The notes below the pieces were generated by a model. That model saw nothing but the letters and a program-made list of their open reading frames with translations, made no database searches and was not told the DNA's origin. From positions 7,731 to 71,730 of the forward strand of contig URFU01000001.1 in assembly GCA_900547125.1 (NCBI GenBank): a DNA stretch of 64,000 bases. Reading direction: 5' to 3'. Shown piece by piece: positions 9,411 through 19,141 of the stretch (positions are counted from its first letter, which is position 1; each line of letters opens with the position of its first letter). The DNA comes from an uncultured Collinsella sp. Lineage in GTDB: Bacteria; Actinomycetota; Coriobacteriia; Coriobacteriales; Coriobacteriaceae. The translations under genes were made by a program, and so were the position numbers.

Positions 9411-10424
9411 TTACTCGGACTGCCCGCCCTTCTTGGCATGCTTGGACGGAGCACCCAGAAAGCGGCCCGTCAAATAGTTCGCCGGCCCGGAAATATCAAT
9501 CCCCAGCAGTGTGTGCCCCAGCCACAAAAACGCCGCGAGCACCAGCAATGGGATCACGCATGAGGTCACGATCATCACGATGACGCCTTCGATGAGATCG
9601 GTCACTTGCCGCACAATTTCATCGGTCATCTGCTTGGCGCCGCTGGTCACCGACGTGACGAGACCCGAGGCACCGTCGGCAAGCTGCTCAAGCACGTTCT
9701 TGGACTCTGTGGACTCGGTCTTTTTCTTGCTTGTTTTGGAGCTATCGCTATCTGCCGCGCTCGCAGCGTCGGTCGCCTTTTGCTCGGCCGCCTCGATGCT
9801 AACGCGATACGTTTCGTCGACCTTTTGCGACACCCATACGCTTGCAGGCACCAACGCCATGCCAATTATGGCGACCACCAGCACACGCGTTGCCACGCGG
9901 CGAATGACCGTGCTCGTACTCCAGCGCCCGTGAATGCCGAGCGACACCGCAAAGAGTACCAACGCAAACGGGATTAAGATGCCCAAGCCAACCGACCACA
10001 AAATCGTGAGCAAATATTTCTCTAGGTAGAGCACGGCAAGCACGATACCAAGGTTGCCTGAAAGCTGCGCGAGCTGCTCGGCAACTGGCGTTCCCGTATC
10101 GCCCGGCAGCGCAGTGATACCCGCAGATAGGGCGACGCACGAGGTCGTGAGCGCCAAAACATTGCCCTTCTTTTGATCGATGACCTCGATGGTGGAGTCC
10201 CAGGTCTTGGTATCGGCAAAATGCGGACGAGCTACAAAGCCCGACAACAGCGCCAGTACCACGAGCGCAACGATAAAGCCAATCTGCAGTTTTTTGTTTG
10301 CGCACACGACATCGGACAGGCTGGGCTGCAGCTCGGTTACCGTCGTGTGCTCGGTTATCTGGACAGGACGCCCATGAGTCATCTCGTGCGCGTCTCCCTT
10401 TTGAATCAATCCGTTGCCCGGCAT
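9411..10424 (-). CDS. Hypothetical polytopic membrane protein.
   Basis: Several hydrophobic helices and a K/S/T-rich loop. No recognisable family. Start uncertain. Confidence 0.55.
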   Translation of the reverse strand: MPGNGLIQKGDAHEMTHGRPVQITEHTTVTELQPSLSDVVCANKKLQIGFIVALVVLALLSGFVARPHFADTKTWDSTIEVIDQKKGNVLALTTSCVALSAGITALPGDTGTPVAEQLAQLSGNLGIVLAVLYLEKYLLTILWSVGLGILIPFALVLFAVSLGIHGRWSTSTVIRRVATRVLVVAIIGMALVPASVWVSQKVDETYRVSIEAAEQKATDAASAADSDSSKTSKKKTESTESKNVLEQLADGASGLVTSVTSGAKQMTDEIVRQVTDLIEGVIVMIVTSCVIPLLVLAAFLWLGHTLLGIDISGPANYLTGRFLGAPSKHAKKGGQSE

Positions 10425-10541
10425 TTGGATACCTCCTTATTCCGGCCTGTATTGCGGATGGAAGTATACCCACCCAGCGATAAACCGAACGGCACGACGA
10501 ACGGAGCGCGCCAAGACTGTCCCCAATGACTGTCTCGGGAT

Positions 10542-10612
10542 GAGTTGCGGTGGAATAGGGATTGTTTTGCGCCCGCCGGCCCCTATTCAGCCCCTATTTC
10601 ACCGCAACTTGG
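10542..10612. repeat. Palindromic element, family B (AGTTGCGGTG[G/A]AATAGGGA … TCCCTATTTCACCGCAACT).
   Basis: Arms gagttgcggtggaatagggattg and cccctatttcaccgcaacttgg with a ~25-nt spacer. Two more copies lie at 60801 and 61939. Confidence 0.7.
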
Positions 10613-10619
10613 AGGAGAA

Positions 10620-10660
10620 CAGAAAAAGCCCTGTCGCGGGTAGCGGCAGGGCTTTTGGAA
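10620..10660 (-). terminator. Rho-independent terminator for lacF.
   Basis: Minus-strand hairpin aaagccctgccgctacccgcgacagggcttt followed by ttctgttctc. Confidence 0.6.
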
Positions 10661-10683
10661 GGGGACTTGATTGTGCGGACTCG

Positions 10684-11022
10684 TTAGGCGAGCTTGGCCT
10701 CGAGCTCGGCGATGCGCTTGTAGGCATCGATGGTAAAGCGGGTCTGCTTCTCCAGGATCATAGTGGTCATGAGAGTGTCCTGAGCGTGAGCCATGATGAA
10801 GGTCATCTCCATCTCGCCACCGCCGGCCTCCTGCGAAAGCAGCTTGGTCTGCGTGTCGTGGGCACCGATGAGCGCATCGCTGGCATCCTTGTGCAGCTGC
10901 TCGGCCTTCTCAAAATCACCCTCGCGAGCAGCATCGAGCGCTGCAAGCAGATCGGTCTGGGCGTCACCTGCGTATGCGACGATCTCGAATCCAACCATCG
11001 AGATTTCTTCTTTGGTTGCCAT
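10684..11022 (-). CDS. lacF: PTS lactose/cellobiose-family IIA component.
   Basis: 112 aa, all-helical LacF/CelC-like: MATKEEISMVGFEIVAYAGDA…HAQDTLMTTM. Confidence 0.85.
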   Translation of the reverse strand: MATKEEISMVGFEIVAYAGDAQTDLLAALDAAREGDFEKAEQLHKDASDALIGAHDTQTKLLSQEAGGGEMEMTFIMAHAQDTLMTTMILEKQTRFTIDAYKRIAELEAKLA

Positions 11023-11236
11023 ATTGCGTTCCTTTCACATATGAACCAATGGAGAGCATCGCGTCCGGGCATACGCGCTGCGTTCTGTATGGCAGAAACA
11101 TTAACATTCAAACAAAAAAGAACAGCGCAAAACGTGATTTCGAGCTATGAACGGTCGCTTTTCGCCCGTGAACGGTTTTTAAACCAATCTGAACAATATC
11201 AAACACAATTATCGGCAACCCAAACAGGACCGCACC

Positions 11237-12241
11237 CTAACACAAATCGCGCACCGTATCGCCCTCGACGAGCACGCCCGGAAACAGCATGTGCTCCACA
11301 CCGGGTTCAACGCCCTCGGCGCCAGCAATCTTGTCCACCGCCCACATGCCGACGCGCTTGTTGTCAAAGCGCACCGTGGTCAGGCGACAATCGGGCACGA
11401 TATCACCCAGGCTATCGTCAACACCCACCACGCTCACGTCCTGGGGTACGCACTTCCCGCGCGACTCGAGCCCACGGATGCAGCCGTAGGCCATGGCATC
11501 GTTGGAGGCATAAATGGCCGTGCAGGTCGGATCATCCGCAAGCACCTGGCCGGCAGCATATCCACTCTGCGCCGTCCAGTCGCCGCGTACGAGCTGCGGC
11601 GGCTCAATGCCATGCGCACGCAATGTCTCGCGCCAACCTTCCTCGCGCCGCATGCCCGAAAGCGAGCGCTCGGGGCACGAGATAAAGTGCACGGTTTTGT
11701 GCCCCTGCTCCAGCAAGTACTCGACCACCTGGCGCGAGCAATCGAACTGGTCGTTATCGACCGTCGAGCACAGCGGGTGCTCCAACATCGTAACGAGCAC
11801 CGTCTGCATGCCGGGCAGCGGCTCGAAGGTTCCAAAGTCCGCCGGCATGCGGTTCATAATCACAACCATGCCATCCACCGGCAGTGCGCTCATGCGCGAC
11901 GATGCGCTCTCGAGGGTATACGGATGCCCGTCTACTTTAGTGAGGGTGATGGCATAGCCATGTTTGTCGGCGGCGGCGGCAAAGCCCTCCATACGGTCGA
12001 GATTGCCGGTGCCGGTAATGTTGAACATGGCGACGCCGACGGTCTTAAACTTACCGCGGCGCAGCGATCGACCGGCAAAATTGGGGCGATACCCCAGCTC
12101 GCGCATGGCGGCACGCACGCGTTCCTTGGTCTCGGGGCGCACGCTGGGCGAATCGTGCACCGTACGCGAGACTGTCTGCTCCGAGACGCCCGCGAGGCGC
12201 GCTACGTCTTTGACGGATACCGATTTTTTAACAGCGGCCAT
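11237..12241 (-). CDS. LacI-family repressor, module 1.
   Basis: HTH VKDVARLAGVSEQTVSRTV plus a sugar-binding domain. Divergent from the lacE1-lacG1 operon. Confidence 0.85.
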   Translation of the reverse strand: MAAVKKSVSVKDVARLAGVSEQTVSRTVHDSPSVRPETKERVRAAMRELGYRPNFAGRSLRRGKFKTVGVAMFNITGTGNLDRMEGFAAAADKHGYAITLTKVDGHPYTLESASSRMSALPVDGMVVIMNRMPADFGTFEPLPGMQTVLVTMLEHPLCSTVDNDQFDCSRQVVEYLLEQGHKTVHFISCPERSLSGMRREEGWRETLRAHGIEPPQLVRGDWTAQSGYAAGQVLADDPTCTAIYASNDAMAYGCIRGLESRGKCVPQDVSVVGVDDSLGDIVPDCRLTTVRFDNKRVGMWAVDKIAGAEGVEPGVEHMLFPGVLVEGDTVRDLC

Positions 12242-12397
12242 AGGTCGATCTTTCTATGTCAACGATGCCATTGGTGGCACCCTGCGCAGTCATTTTTAAC
12301 GCCTTCAAGTATATCCAACGCCTCCCCCACCATACGCTCACCACCCAAAACCTACCGTTCACCGACATTTTTGCTTCCCCGAACGGCTTTTGGCACC

Positions 12398-12540
12398 CAA
12401 ATGTTAACGTTGCCATTGTGCAAACACAGAGCCACCGGGCGGCTCAAACGTTTACGCATAAGGAATCGACGGTTCGCAGGCACAGGAACCACCGGTTCGC
12501 GTCTTTTTTTGTGTCGCAAAATGGCAACGTCAACATTTTG
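12398..12540. promoter_or_regulatory. Two inverted copies of the LacI-type operator ATGTTAACGTTGCCAT.
   Basis: 12400-12417 aatgttaacgttgccatt and 12519-12538 aatggcaacgtcaacatt. TGnnAACGTTnnCA symmetry. Confidence 0.55.
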
Positions 12541-12598
12541 GCAACCGAACGCCAAAAGTTACCATCGTTGCTAACCCACCGACTCTTAGGAGCATTGC

Positions 12599-14374
12599 AT
12601 GGAGCAACTCATCGCCACCATCGAAAAGGGCCAGCCCTTTTTCAACGCGATCGCCCGCAACAAGTACCTCAAGGCGATCCGCGACGGCTTTATCTCCGTC
12701 ATCCCCATCATCATCTTCTCGTCCATCTTCTGCCTGGTAGCCTCGGTCCCCAACATCTGGGGTTTCTACTGGCCCGACGACATCAATAACGCCCTGTGGA
12801 AGTGCTACAACTACTCCATGGGCATCCTGGCCATCGCCTGCGCCGCCACCACGGCCAAGCACTTCGCCGACGCTCAGAACCGCGATCTGCCCAAGAACAA
12901 CCAGATCAACTTCATCTCGTGCATGTGCGCGGCCATCATTGGCTTCTTGCTCCTTTCGAGCGACACGATCGCCACGGACGCCGCCAGCGGCTTCAACACC
13001 ACCTACCTTGGTTCCAAGGGCCTGCTGACCGCCTTCATCGCTGCGTTTGTGACCGGCATCATCTACAAGTTCTTCATTAAGCGCAACATCACCGTCAAGA
13101 TGCCCGAGCAGGTTCCGCCCAACATCTCGCAAACCTTTAAGGACATCATCCCCTTCTCCGTCTGCATCACCGTCTTTTGGGTCTTTGACATCGTCTTCCG
13201 CGCTGCCTTTGGCTTCTGCTTTGCCCAGGGCGTCATCCAGGTGTTCCAGCCCCTGTTCACCGCTGCCGACGGCTACATCGGCCTTGCTGTGATCTACGGC
13301 GCCATGAGCCTCTTCTGGTTCGTGGGCGTCCACGGCCCCTCGATCGTCGAGCCCGCCATCGCCGCCGCCCTCGTTGCCAACATGACCGACAACCTGGCTG
13401 CGTTCCAGGCTGGTCAGCACGCTTCCGCTGTCCTGACCCAGGGTGCCCAGTACTTCGTCGTCTGCATGGGCGGTACCGGCGCCACACTCGTCCTGGTCTT
13501 TATGTTCTGCTTCCTGGCCAAGTCTCAGGAGATGCGCGCCGTCGGTAAGGCCGCCATCGTCCCGGTCTGCTTTGCCGTCAACGAGCCGCTGCTGTTCGCC
13601 GCACCCATCGTGCTCAACCCCGTCTTCTTTGTCCCGTTTGTCTTTGCCCCGATCGCCAACATCTGGATCCTCAAGATCTTTATCGACTTCTTGGGCATGA
13701 ACGGCTTTATGTACACCCTGCCTTGGACCGTCCCCGGCCCCATCGGCACCATCATGGGTCTGGGCTTCCAGCCGCTCGCCTTTGTGATGCTCGCCCTTAT
13801 CCTGATCGTCGACTTCGTCCTGTACTATCCGTTCTTCCGTGCCTATGACGCCCAGAAGTGCGCCGAGGAGGCCGAGATTTCCCAGGAGGAGCTCGCCGCC
13901 AAGAACGCCGAGAAGGCTGCCAAGCTCAACGATGCCTTCCAGGGCAAGGCCGATGCCAAGAGCGTTGCCGCCGGCGCTGCTGCCGAGGCCGTGAAGGCCG
14001 ACTCCCCCGCCGCTTCTGCAGCACCCGCTGCCGAGGCAACGACCGCCAGCGACCTCAACGGCAAGCGCGTGCTCGTGCTCTGCCAGGGTGGCGGTACCTC
14101 GGGCCTGCTCGCTAACGCGCTGGCCAAGGCCGCCAAGGAGCGCGGCATCAATCTTGAGACCGCTGCCGAGGCCTATGGCAACCACGTGGACATGCTCCCC
14201 GACTTTGACCTGGTCGTCCTGGCCCCGCAAGCCGCCAGCTACCTGGCCGATTTGCAAAAGGACTGCGAGCGCGTGGGCAACAAGTGCGTCGCCTGCCGTG
14301 GTAAGCAGTACATCGAGCTCTCCCAGAACGGCGACAAGTCTCTCGCCTTCGTAAGCGAGCAACTTTCGAAGTAA
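12599..14374 (+). CDS. lacE: PTS lactose-family IICB (fused IIC and IIB), LacE-like.
   Basis: ~440-aa polytopic IIC followed by an acidic linker and a C-terminal IIB domain (VLVLCQGGGTSGLLA). RBS AGGAG. Confidence 0.9.
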   Translation: MEQLIATIEKGQPFFNAIARNKYLKAIRDGFISVIPIIIFSSIFCLVASVPNIWGFYWPDDINNALWKCYNYSMGILAIACAATTAKHFADAQNRDLPKNNQINFISCMCAAIIGFLLLSSDTIATDAASGFNTTYLGSKGLLTAFIAAFVTGIIYKFFIKRNITVKMPEQVPPNISQTFKDIIPFSVCITVFWVFDIVFRAAFGFCFAQGVIQVFQPLFTAADGYIGLAVIYGAMSLFWFVGVHGPSIVEPAIAAALVANMTDNLAAFQAGQHASAVLTQGAQYFVVCMGGTGATLVLVFMFCFLAKSQEMRAVGKAAIVPVCFAVNEPLLFAAPIVLNPVFFVPFVFAPIANIWILKIFIDFLGMNGFMYTLPWTVPGPIGTIMGLGFQPLAFVMLALILIVDFVLYYPFFRAYDAQKCAEEAEISQEELAAKNAEKAAKLNDAFQGKADAKSVAAGAAAEAVKADSPAASAAPAAEATTASDLNGKRVLVLCQGGGTSGLLANALAKAAKERGINLETAAEAYGNHVDMLPDFDLVVLAPQAASYLADLQKDCERVGNKCVACRGKQYIELSQNGDKSLAFVSEQLSK

Positions 14375-14383
14375 GTAACGCCC

Positions 14384-14420
14384 AGGGCCAGCCGACCATC
14401 CAAGACCGGCTGGCCCTTCG
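14384..14420 (+). other. Intercistronic stem-loop between lacE1 and lacG1.
   Basis: gggccagccgaccatccaagaccggctggccc without a strong U-tract. Possibly an mRNA processing or stability element. Confidence 0.4.
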
Positions 14421-14440
14421 ATTTAGACGATTGGATCATC

Positions 14441-15880
14441 ATGTCCGTTAATCCTGCTAGCGTCACCAACCCGCCCGCGCAGTTTCCCGAGGACTTTGTC
14501 TTTGGCGGCGCCACCGCTGGCTACCAGGTAGAGGGCGAGACCCGCACTCACGGTAAGGGCAAGGTTGCCTGGGACGACTTTCTGGAGGCCCAGGGGCGCT
14601 TCTCCCCCGATCCCGCTTCGGACTTCTACAACCAGTACCCCGTCGACCTGGAGCTGTGCGAGGAGTTCGGCATCAACGGCATTCGCCTCTCCATTGCCTG
14701 GAGCCGCATCTTCCCCAACGGCACCGGCGAAATCAACCCCGAGGGCGTGCAGTTCTACCACGATCTCTTCGCCGAGTGCCACAAGCACCACGTTGAGCCG
14801 TTTGTCACGCTGCATCACTTCGATACGCCGCTTGCCCTCTTTGAGAAGGGCGACTTCCTCAACCGCGAGACCATCGATGCCTTTGTGGACTTTGCCACCT
14901 TCTGCTTTAAGGAGTACGCCGACCAGGTAACCTACTGGTTCACCTTTAACGAGATCTGGGCCGACGCCTCCAACACCTACATCGAGGGCACCTTCCCCGG
15001 CGGTGTTAAGGCACATCTGGCAGAGGCCTTCCAGTGCGAGCACAACATGATGCTCGCCCACGCCAAGGCAGTACTGGCCTTCCACAACGGCGGTTTTAAG
15101 GGCAAGATCGGCGTCATCCAGTCGTTGGAGTTTAAGTATCCGCTCAACGAGAACGACCCCGCCGACATCAAGGCCGCCAACAACGAGCACGTGCTGCAGA
15201 ACCAGTTCTTGCTCGACGCCACCTTCCGCGGCGACTACGCGCCCGACACCCTCGAGTGCGCCAACCGCCTGGCTGCCGTCTCGGGCGGCACCATCGAGAT
15301 CCTGGACGAGGACCTCGAGATTATGCGCGAGGCAGCGCTCTACAACGACTACCTGGGCGTTAACAACTATCAGTGCCGTTTTTTGAAGGCTTACGATGGC
15401 GAGAACGACCTGCACCACAACGGTACGGGCGAGAAGGGCACCGGTCGCTGGCGCGTCAAGGGCATTGGCGAGCATGTGAACAAGCCCGGCATCCCCACCA
15501 CCGACTGGGACTGGATCATCTATCCCGAGGGTCTGTTCGATCTGCTCGTCTACATTAAGCAGCGCTACCCCAACTACAAGCAGGTCTTCATCACCGAGAA
15601 CGGCATGGGCTACAAGGACCCCTACAAGAACGGTTTTGTGGACGACCAGCCGCGCATCGACTACATCGAGCAGCACCTGCGTTGGCTGCTCAAGGCCATG
15701 GAGGTGGGCGTCAACGTGGGCGGCTACTTCCTGTGGAGCCTGCAGGATCAGTTCTCCTGGACCAATGGCTACAACAAGCGTTACGGCTTCTTTTACGTTG
15801 ACTTTGAAACCCAGAAGCGCACGCCCAAGGCAAGCGCCTACTGGTACAAGCACGTGGCGCAGACCCGTCGTCTGGACTAG
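14441..15880 (+). CDS. lacG: 6-phospho-beta-galactosidase (GH1).
   Basis: Strong resemblance to LacG: FVFGGATAGYQVEGE…, TLHHFDTP, FITENG and SWTNGY motifs. Confidence 0.85.
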   Translation: MSVNPASVTNPPAQFPEDFVFGGATAGYQVEGETRTHGKGKVAWDDFLEAQGRFSPDPASDFYNQYPVDLELCEEFGINGIRLSIAWSRIFPNGTGEINPEGVQFYHDLFAECHKHHVEPFVTLHHFDTPLALFEKGDFLNRETIDAFVDFATFCFKEYADQVTYWFTFNEIWADASNTYIEGTFPGGVKAHLAEAFQCEHNMMLAHAKAVLAFHNGGFKGKIGVIQSLEFKYPLNENDPADIKAANNEHVLQNQFLLDATFRGDYAPDTLECANRLAAVSGGTIEILDEDLEIMREAALYNDYLGVNNYQCRFLKAYDGENDLHHNGTGEKGTGRWRVKGIGEHVNKPGIPTTDWDWIIYPEGLFDLLVYIKQRYPNYKQVFITENGMGYKDPYKNGFVDDQPRIDYIEQHLRWLLKAMEVGVNVGGYFLWSLQDQFSWTNGYNKRYGFFYVDFETQKRTPKASAYWYKHVAQTRRLD

Positions 15881-15926
15881 TGGCTGGCGGGGTTGCCCGC
15901 TCACACAACCTGTCCCCATTTCTCAG

Positions 15927-15975
15927 CCGGGGGCGGCACGTCACACGGCGCGCCGCCCCCGGTCTTTTTGTTTTT
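15927..15975 (+). terminator. Rho-independent terminator after lacG1.
   Basis: ccgggggcggc…gccgcccccgg followed by tctttttgttttt. Confidence 0.65.
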
Positions 15976-15990
15976 GGGCTGGTCGGGAGC

Positions 15991-16140
15991 CGTTTGTCTC
16001 GATCTGTAACATCTAGCCGAGTTTTTTGGTCCTAGCTGTTACAGATTGAGACGAACAGGATTGCTCTTTCCGAAGAATCTAAATCTGTAACACGTAGCCC
16101 GCTTTTGACCGTCTACCTGTTACAAATCGAGACAAACGGA
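15991..16140. repeat. Palindromic hairpin element family A, two tandem units (A-loop and B-loop types).
   Basis: Unit 1 is cgtttgtctcgatctgtaaca[tctagccgagttttttggtcctagc]tgttacagattgagacgaacag. Unit 2 is aatctgtaaca[cgtagcccgcttttgaccgtctacc]tgttacaaatcgagacaaacg. Confidence 0.85.
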
Positions 16141-16147
16141 GTAGGAC

Positions 16148-17176
16148 CTAACCCCGTATGTCCCTAACAGTCGAGCGTTCGACCAGCGTACTCGGCACAT
16201 GAATCGCCTCGATAGACGAGCTCTCTCCAATCGCCGCCTCAAACGCAAGCTTACCGACACCGCGCAAATCAAATCGCAGCGTCGTCAGCCGATTGTGAGG
16301 AACAAGTCCCTCGAGTGCGTCGTCGATACCAACCACGCTCACGTCGTCGGGCACGGACAGGCCCGCGTTCTCGAGCGCGGCGATAACACCCAGCGCCATC
16401 TGGTCATTTGCCGCAAGCACGGCAGTCGGCGCCTGCGACCCGCCGGCAAGCACCTCGGCCGCAATCCGCTCGCCCATGGCGTACCCACTGTCCGCACTCC
16501 AATCGCCACGCAGCATCGGAGCGGCATCGACATGAGCACGACCCAGCGTATCGCGCCAACCGGCCTCACGAAAACGCGAGGAAATCGAGTTTTCCGGACC
16601 CGCCACAAACCGCATATTCGAGTGGCCATGTTCCAGCAGATAATTGGTCAACAGCTCGCACGAACCATACTGGTCGGAGTCGATCGTCGTGCAGCGCGGA
16701 TGCGCATACATGGACAGGATGACCGTTCGCACTCCCGGCTGGGGAACAAACTCCTCAAAATCGGGAGCCATGCGGTTCATGTTGAGAATCATGCCGTCGA
16801 CGGGTCGCTCGACCATGCGGCGCGAGGCATCGGCAAGTGCATAGGGCTTGTCGCCGCCCATCTCGATCATAGTGACGGCAAAATCGTGCTCGCGCGCCGC
16901 TTGCATGATACCCTCGAGCGTCGCCAGGTTACCGACACGTGTGATGTTGTACATGCACAGGCCAATAGAACGATACGACCCGCCGCGCAACGCCGTTCCA
17001 GCAAAATTGGGACGAAAGCCCAGCTCTTCCATGGCGGCCAGCACACGCTTGCGCGTCTTTTCCGTCACGTTGGGCATACCGTTGACCACGCGAGACACAG
17101 TCTGGCGGCTCACGCCAGCGAGCGCCGCAACCTCTGCCGCGCTCGCCGAACGACCATTCCTTGTCTGCTGAGCCAT
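16148..17176 (-). CDS. LacI-family repressor, module 2.
   Basis: HTH AAEVAALAGVSRQTVSRVVNG. Probable start at MAQQTRNG (cat 17174-17176, GGAAGG RBS). The ORF track extends to 17233. Confidence 0.8.
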   Translation of the reverse strand: MAQQTRNGRSASAAEVAALAGVSRQTVSRVVNGMPNVTEKTRKRVLAAMEELGFRPNFAGTALRGGSYRSIGLCMYNITRVGNLATLEGIMQAAREHDFAVTMIEMGGDKPYALADASRRMVERPVDGMILNMNRMAPDFEEFVPQPGVRTVILSMYAHPRCTTIDSDQYGSCELLTNYLLEHGHSNMRFVAGPENSISSRFREAGWRDTLGRAHVDAAPMLRGDWSADSGYAMGERIAAEVLAGGSQAPTAVLAANDQMALGVIAALENAGLSVPDDVSVVGIDDALEGLVPHNRLTTLRFDLRGVGKLAFEAAIGESSSIEAIHVPSTLVERSTVRDIRG

Positions 17177-17235
17177 GCCTTCCACGCCAACCTGCTTCCC
17201 AACTATTCCCCGCGCCCATGGCGCATCGTACATAC

Positions 17236-17410
17236 ATTGATAACGTGCTCATGATACCCGAGCCATATACCACAACATGAAAACTTCTGTCAATCAAAAC
17301 CGCTTACCGAACAAATACAACCGTTCGCGGCTGTTTGAAGTTGTTTTGTTTCTATACATCCCAGCCGGATGTTAACGTGCTCATTGTCAAATGTTCACGT
17401 GCTCATTTTG
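17236..17410. promoter_or_regulatory. Three TGTTAACGTGCTCAT-type operator candidates.
   Basis: tgataacgtgctcatga (17240), gatgttaacgtgctcattg (17368) and aaatgttcacgtgctcatt (17389). Confidence 0.5.
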
Positions 17411-17520
17411 GTTCTAATCATTTTAAGATAGTGTTTATCGGGCTTTTTCACCGCTAAACGCTAACCAGGGAGCCTCCTGAGCGCAAACGCACAATATCGA
17501 ACAGCGAGACGAGAGGGTGT

Positions 17521-18969
17521 ATGCATATGTCTTTGCTAAACCGCGTACAGCAGCTGCCGAAGGGCTTTGTTTGGGGCGCCGCAACCGCCGCGTACCAAAC
17601 GGAAGGTTCCACGAAGGTGGCAGGCAAGGGTAAGACCATGTGGGACGATTACCTTGTCGCCCAGGGTCGCTTTTTGCCCGACCCGGCCAGTGATTTCTAC
17701 AACCGCTACGAGGAGGATATCCGCCTATCAGCCGAGCATGGACTCAACGCCATCCGTGTGTCCATCGCCTGGACCCGCATCTTCCCTAACGGCGACGATG
17801 CCGCGCCCCTCGCCGAGGGCGTTAAGCACTACCACGAGTTGTTCGCCTGCTGCAAAAAGTATGGCGTCGAGCCCTATGTGTCCCTGCATCACTTTGACTC
17901 CCCCGCCGCCCTGTTCAACCAGGGCGACTGGCTCAACCGCAAGACCGTCGACGCCTATGTGCGCTATGCCGAGTTCTGCTTCCGTGAGTTCCGCGAGGTC
18001 AAGAATTGGTTCACCATCAACGAGCTCATCAGCCTCTCGCACTCCCAATACATCCAAGGCAACTTCCCGCCCAACCATCACTTTGATGTGACGAGCGGCA
18101 TCCAGAGCCAGCACAACGAGCTCGTTGCCCACGCCCGCGCCGTCAACCTGTATAAGGATCTGGACGAGACCGAGCACCTGGGCGGCCGCATTGGCATGGT
18201 CAACGTCCTGACGCCGGCATATCCTGCCACCGACTCGCCCGCCGACCAGCACGCCGCCGACCTGTACAACGCCTTCTACACCGACTTCATCATGGACGGC
18301 GCCTTCCTGGGTCACTACTCCGCGCACACCCTCTCACTCATCAACGAGATTCTGCGCGCCAACAACGCCACACTTACGGTTGAGGACGGCGACATGGAGG
18401 AGCTCGCCAAGGCGGCGCCCCGCAACGATATGTTCGGCCTCAACTACTATCAGTCGGCGTTTATCGCCGCCTACGATGGCGAGTCCACCAACAGCTTTAA
18501 CGGCACCGGTGACAAGGGCACCTCGTGCTTTAAGTTTAAGGGCGTCGGGCAGCAGGTCGATATGCCGGGTATCCCCACCACCGACTGGGATTGGCTCATC
18601 TACCCGCAAGGCCTCTACGACACGCTCAAGCACATCAGCGCCACCTATCCCAACCTCCCCGTCATCTATATCACCGAAAACGGCCTGGGCCACAAGGACC
18701 CCGAGCCCGACGCAAACGGCATCGTCGCCGATCCCGAGCGCATCGACTTTGTCGACCAGCACATGGAGAAGGTGCTCCAGGCGCGCGCCGAGGGCGTCGA
18801 CGTCCAGGGCTACTTTATCTGGAGCCTGCAGGACCAGTTCTCGTGGGCCAATGGCTATAACAAGCGCTACGGCCTGTTCTACATCGACTTCGACACGCAA
18901 AAACGCTACATCAAGCAGTCGGCACTCTGGTACAAGGAGCTCGCCGACACTATGGCGGACGCGCAGTAG
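17521..18969 (+). CDS. GH1 6-phospho-beta-galactosidase/glucosidase, module 2.
   Basis: GH1 motifs FVWGAATAAYQTEG, SLHHFDSP, YITENG and SWANGY. Alternative start at 17527. Confidence 0.85.
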   Translation: MHMSLLNRVQQLPKGFVWGAATAAYQTEGSTKVAGKGKTMWDDYLVAQGRFLPDPASDFYNRYEEDIRLSAEHGLNAIRVSIAWTRIFPNGDDAAPLAEGVKHYHELFACCKKYGVEPYVSLHHFDSPAALFNQGDWLNRKTVDAYVRYAEFCFREFREVKNWFTINELISLSHSQYIQGNFPPNHHFDVTSGIQSQHNELVAHARAVNLYKDLDETEHLGGRIGMVNVLTPAYPATDSPADQHAADLYNAFYTDFIMDGAFLGHYSAHTLSLINEILRANNATLTVEDGDMEELAKAAPRNDMFGLNYYQSAFIAAYDGESTNSFNGTGDKGTSCFKFKGVGQQVDMPGIPTTDWDWLIYPQGLYDTLKHISATYPNLPVIYITENGLGHKDPEPDANGIVADPERIDFVDQHMEKVLQARAEGVDVQGYFIWSLQDQFSWANGYNKRYGLFYIDFDTQKRYIKQSALWYKELADTMADAQ

Positions 18970-18983
18970 CGCATCGCCTCGCT

Positions 18984-19040
18984 TTCCCCCGAGAGGGGAG
19001 CGGCCCTATGCGATACAAACCCAGCCGCTCCCCTCTCTCT
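18984..19040 (+). other. Intercistronic inverted repeat between bgl2 and IICB2.
   Basis: cccgagaggggagcggc … gccgctcccctctctctggg. Confidence 0.4.
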
Positions 19041-19141
19041 GGGACCGACCCCGCCTGCACCCGGGCTTTTAGCAAGCGGGAGACCATATAGGTTTTCAAC
19101 GTCCATGCCATTAAGATTTCATGCAAAGAGGAGCGTGAACT

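Noticed and set aside
12530-14362. 610-aa minus-strand ORF (also 14423..15919 -, 18950..20986 -, 22271..25171 - 966 aa, 27677..28423 +).
   Set aside because: All are antisense to well-supported PTS IICB or GH1 genes. Their low-complexity G/A/V/D-rich translations lack any domain signature.
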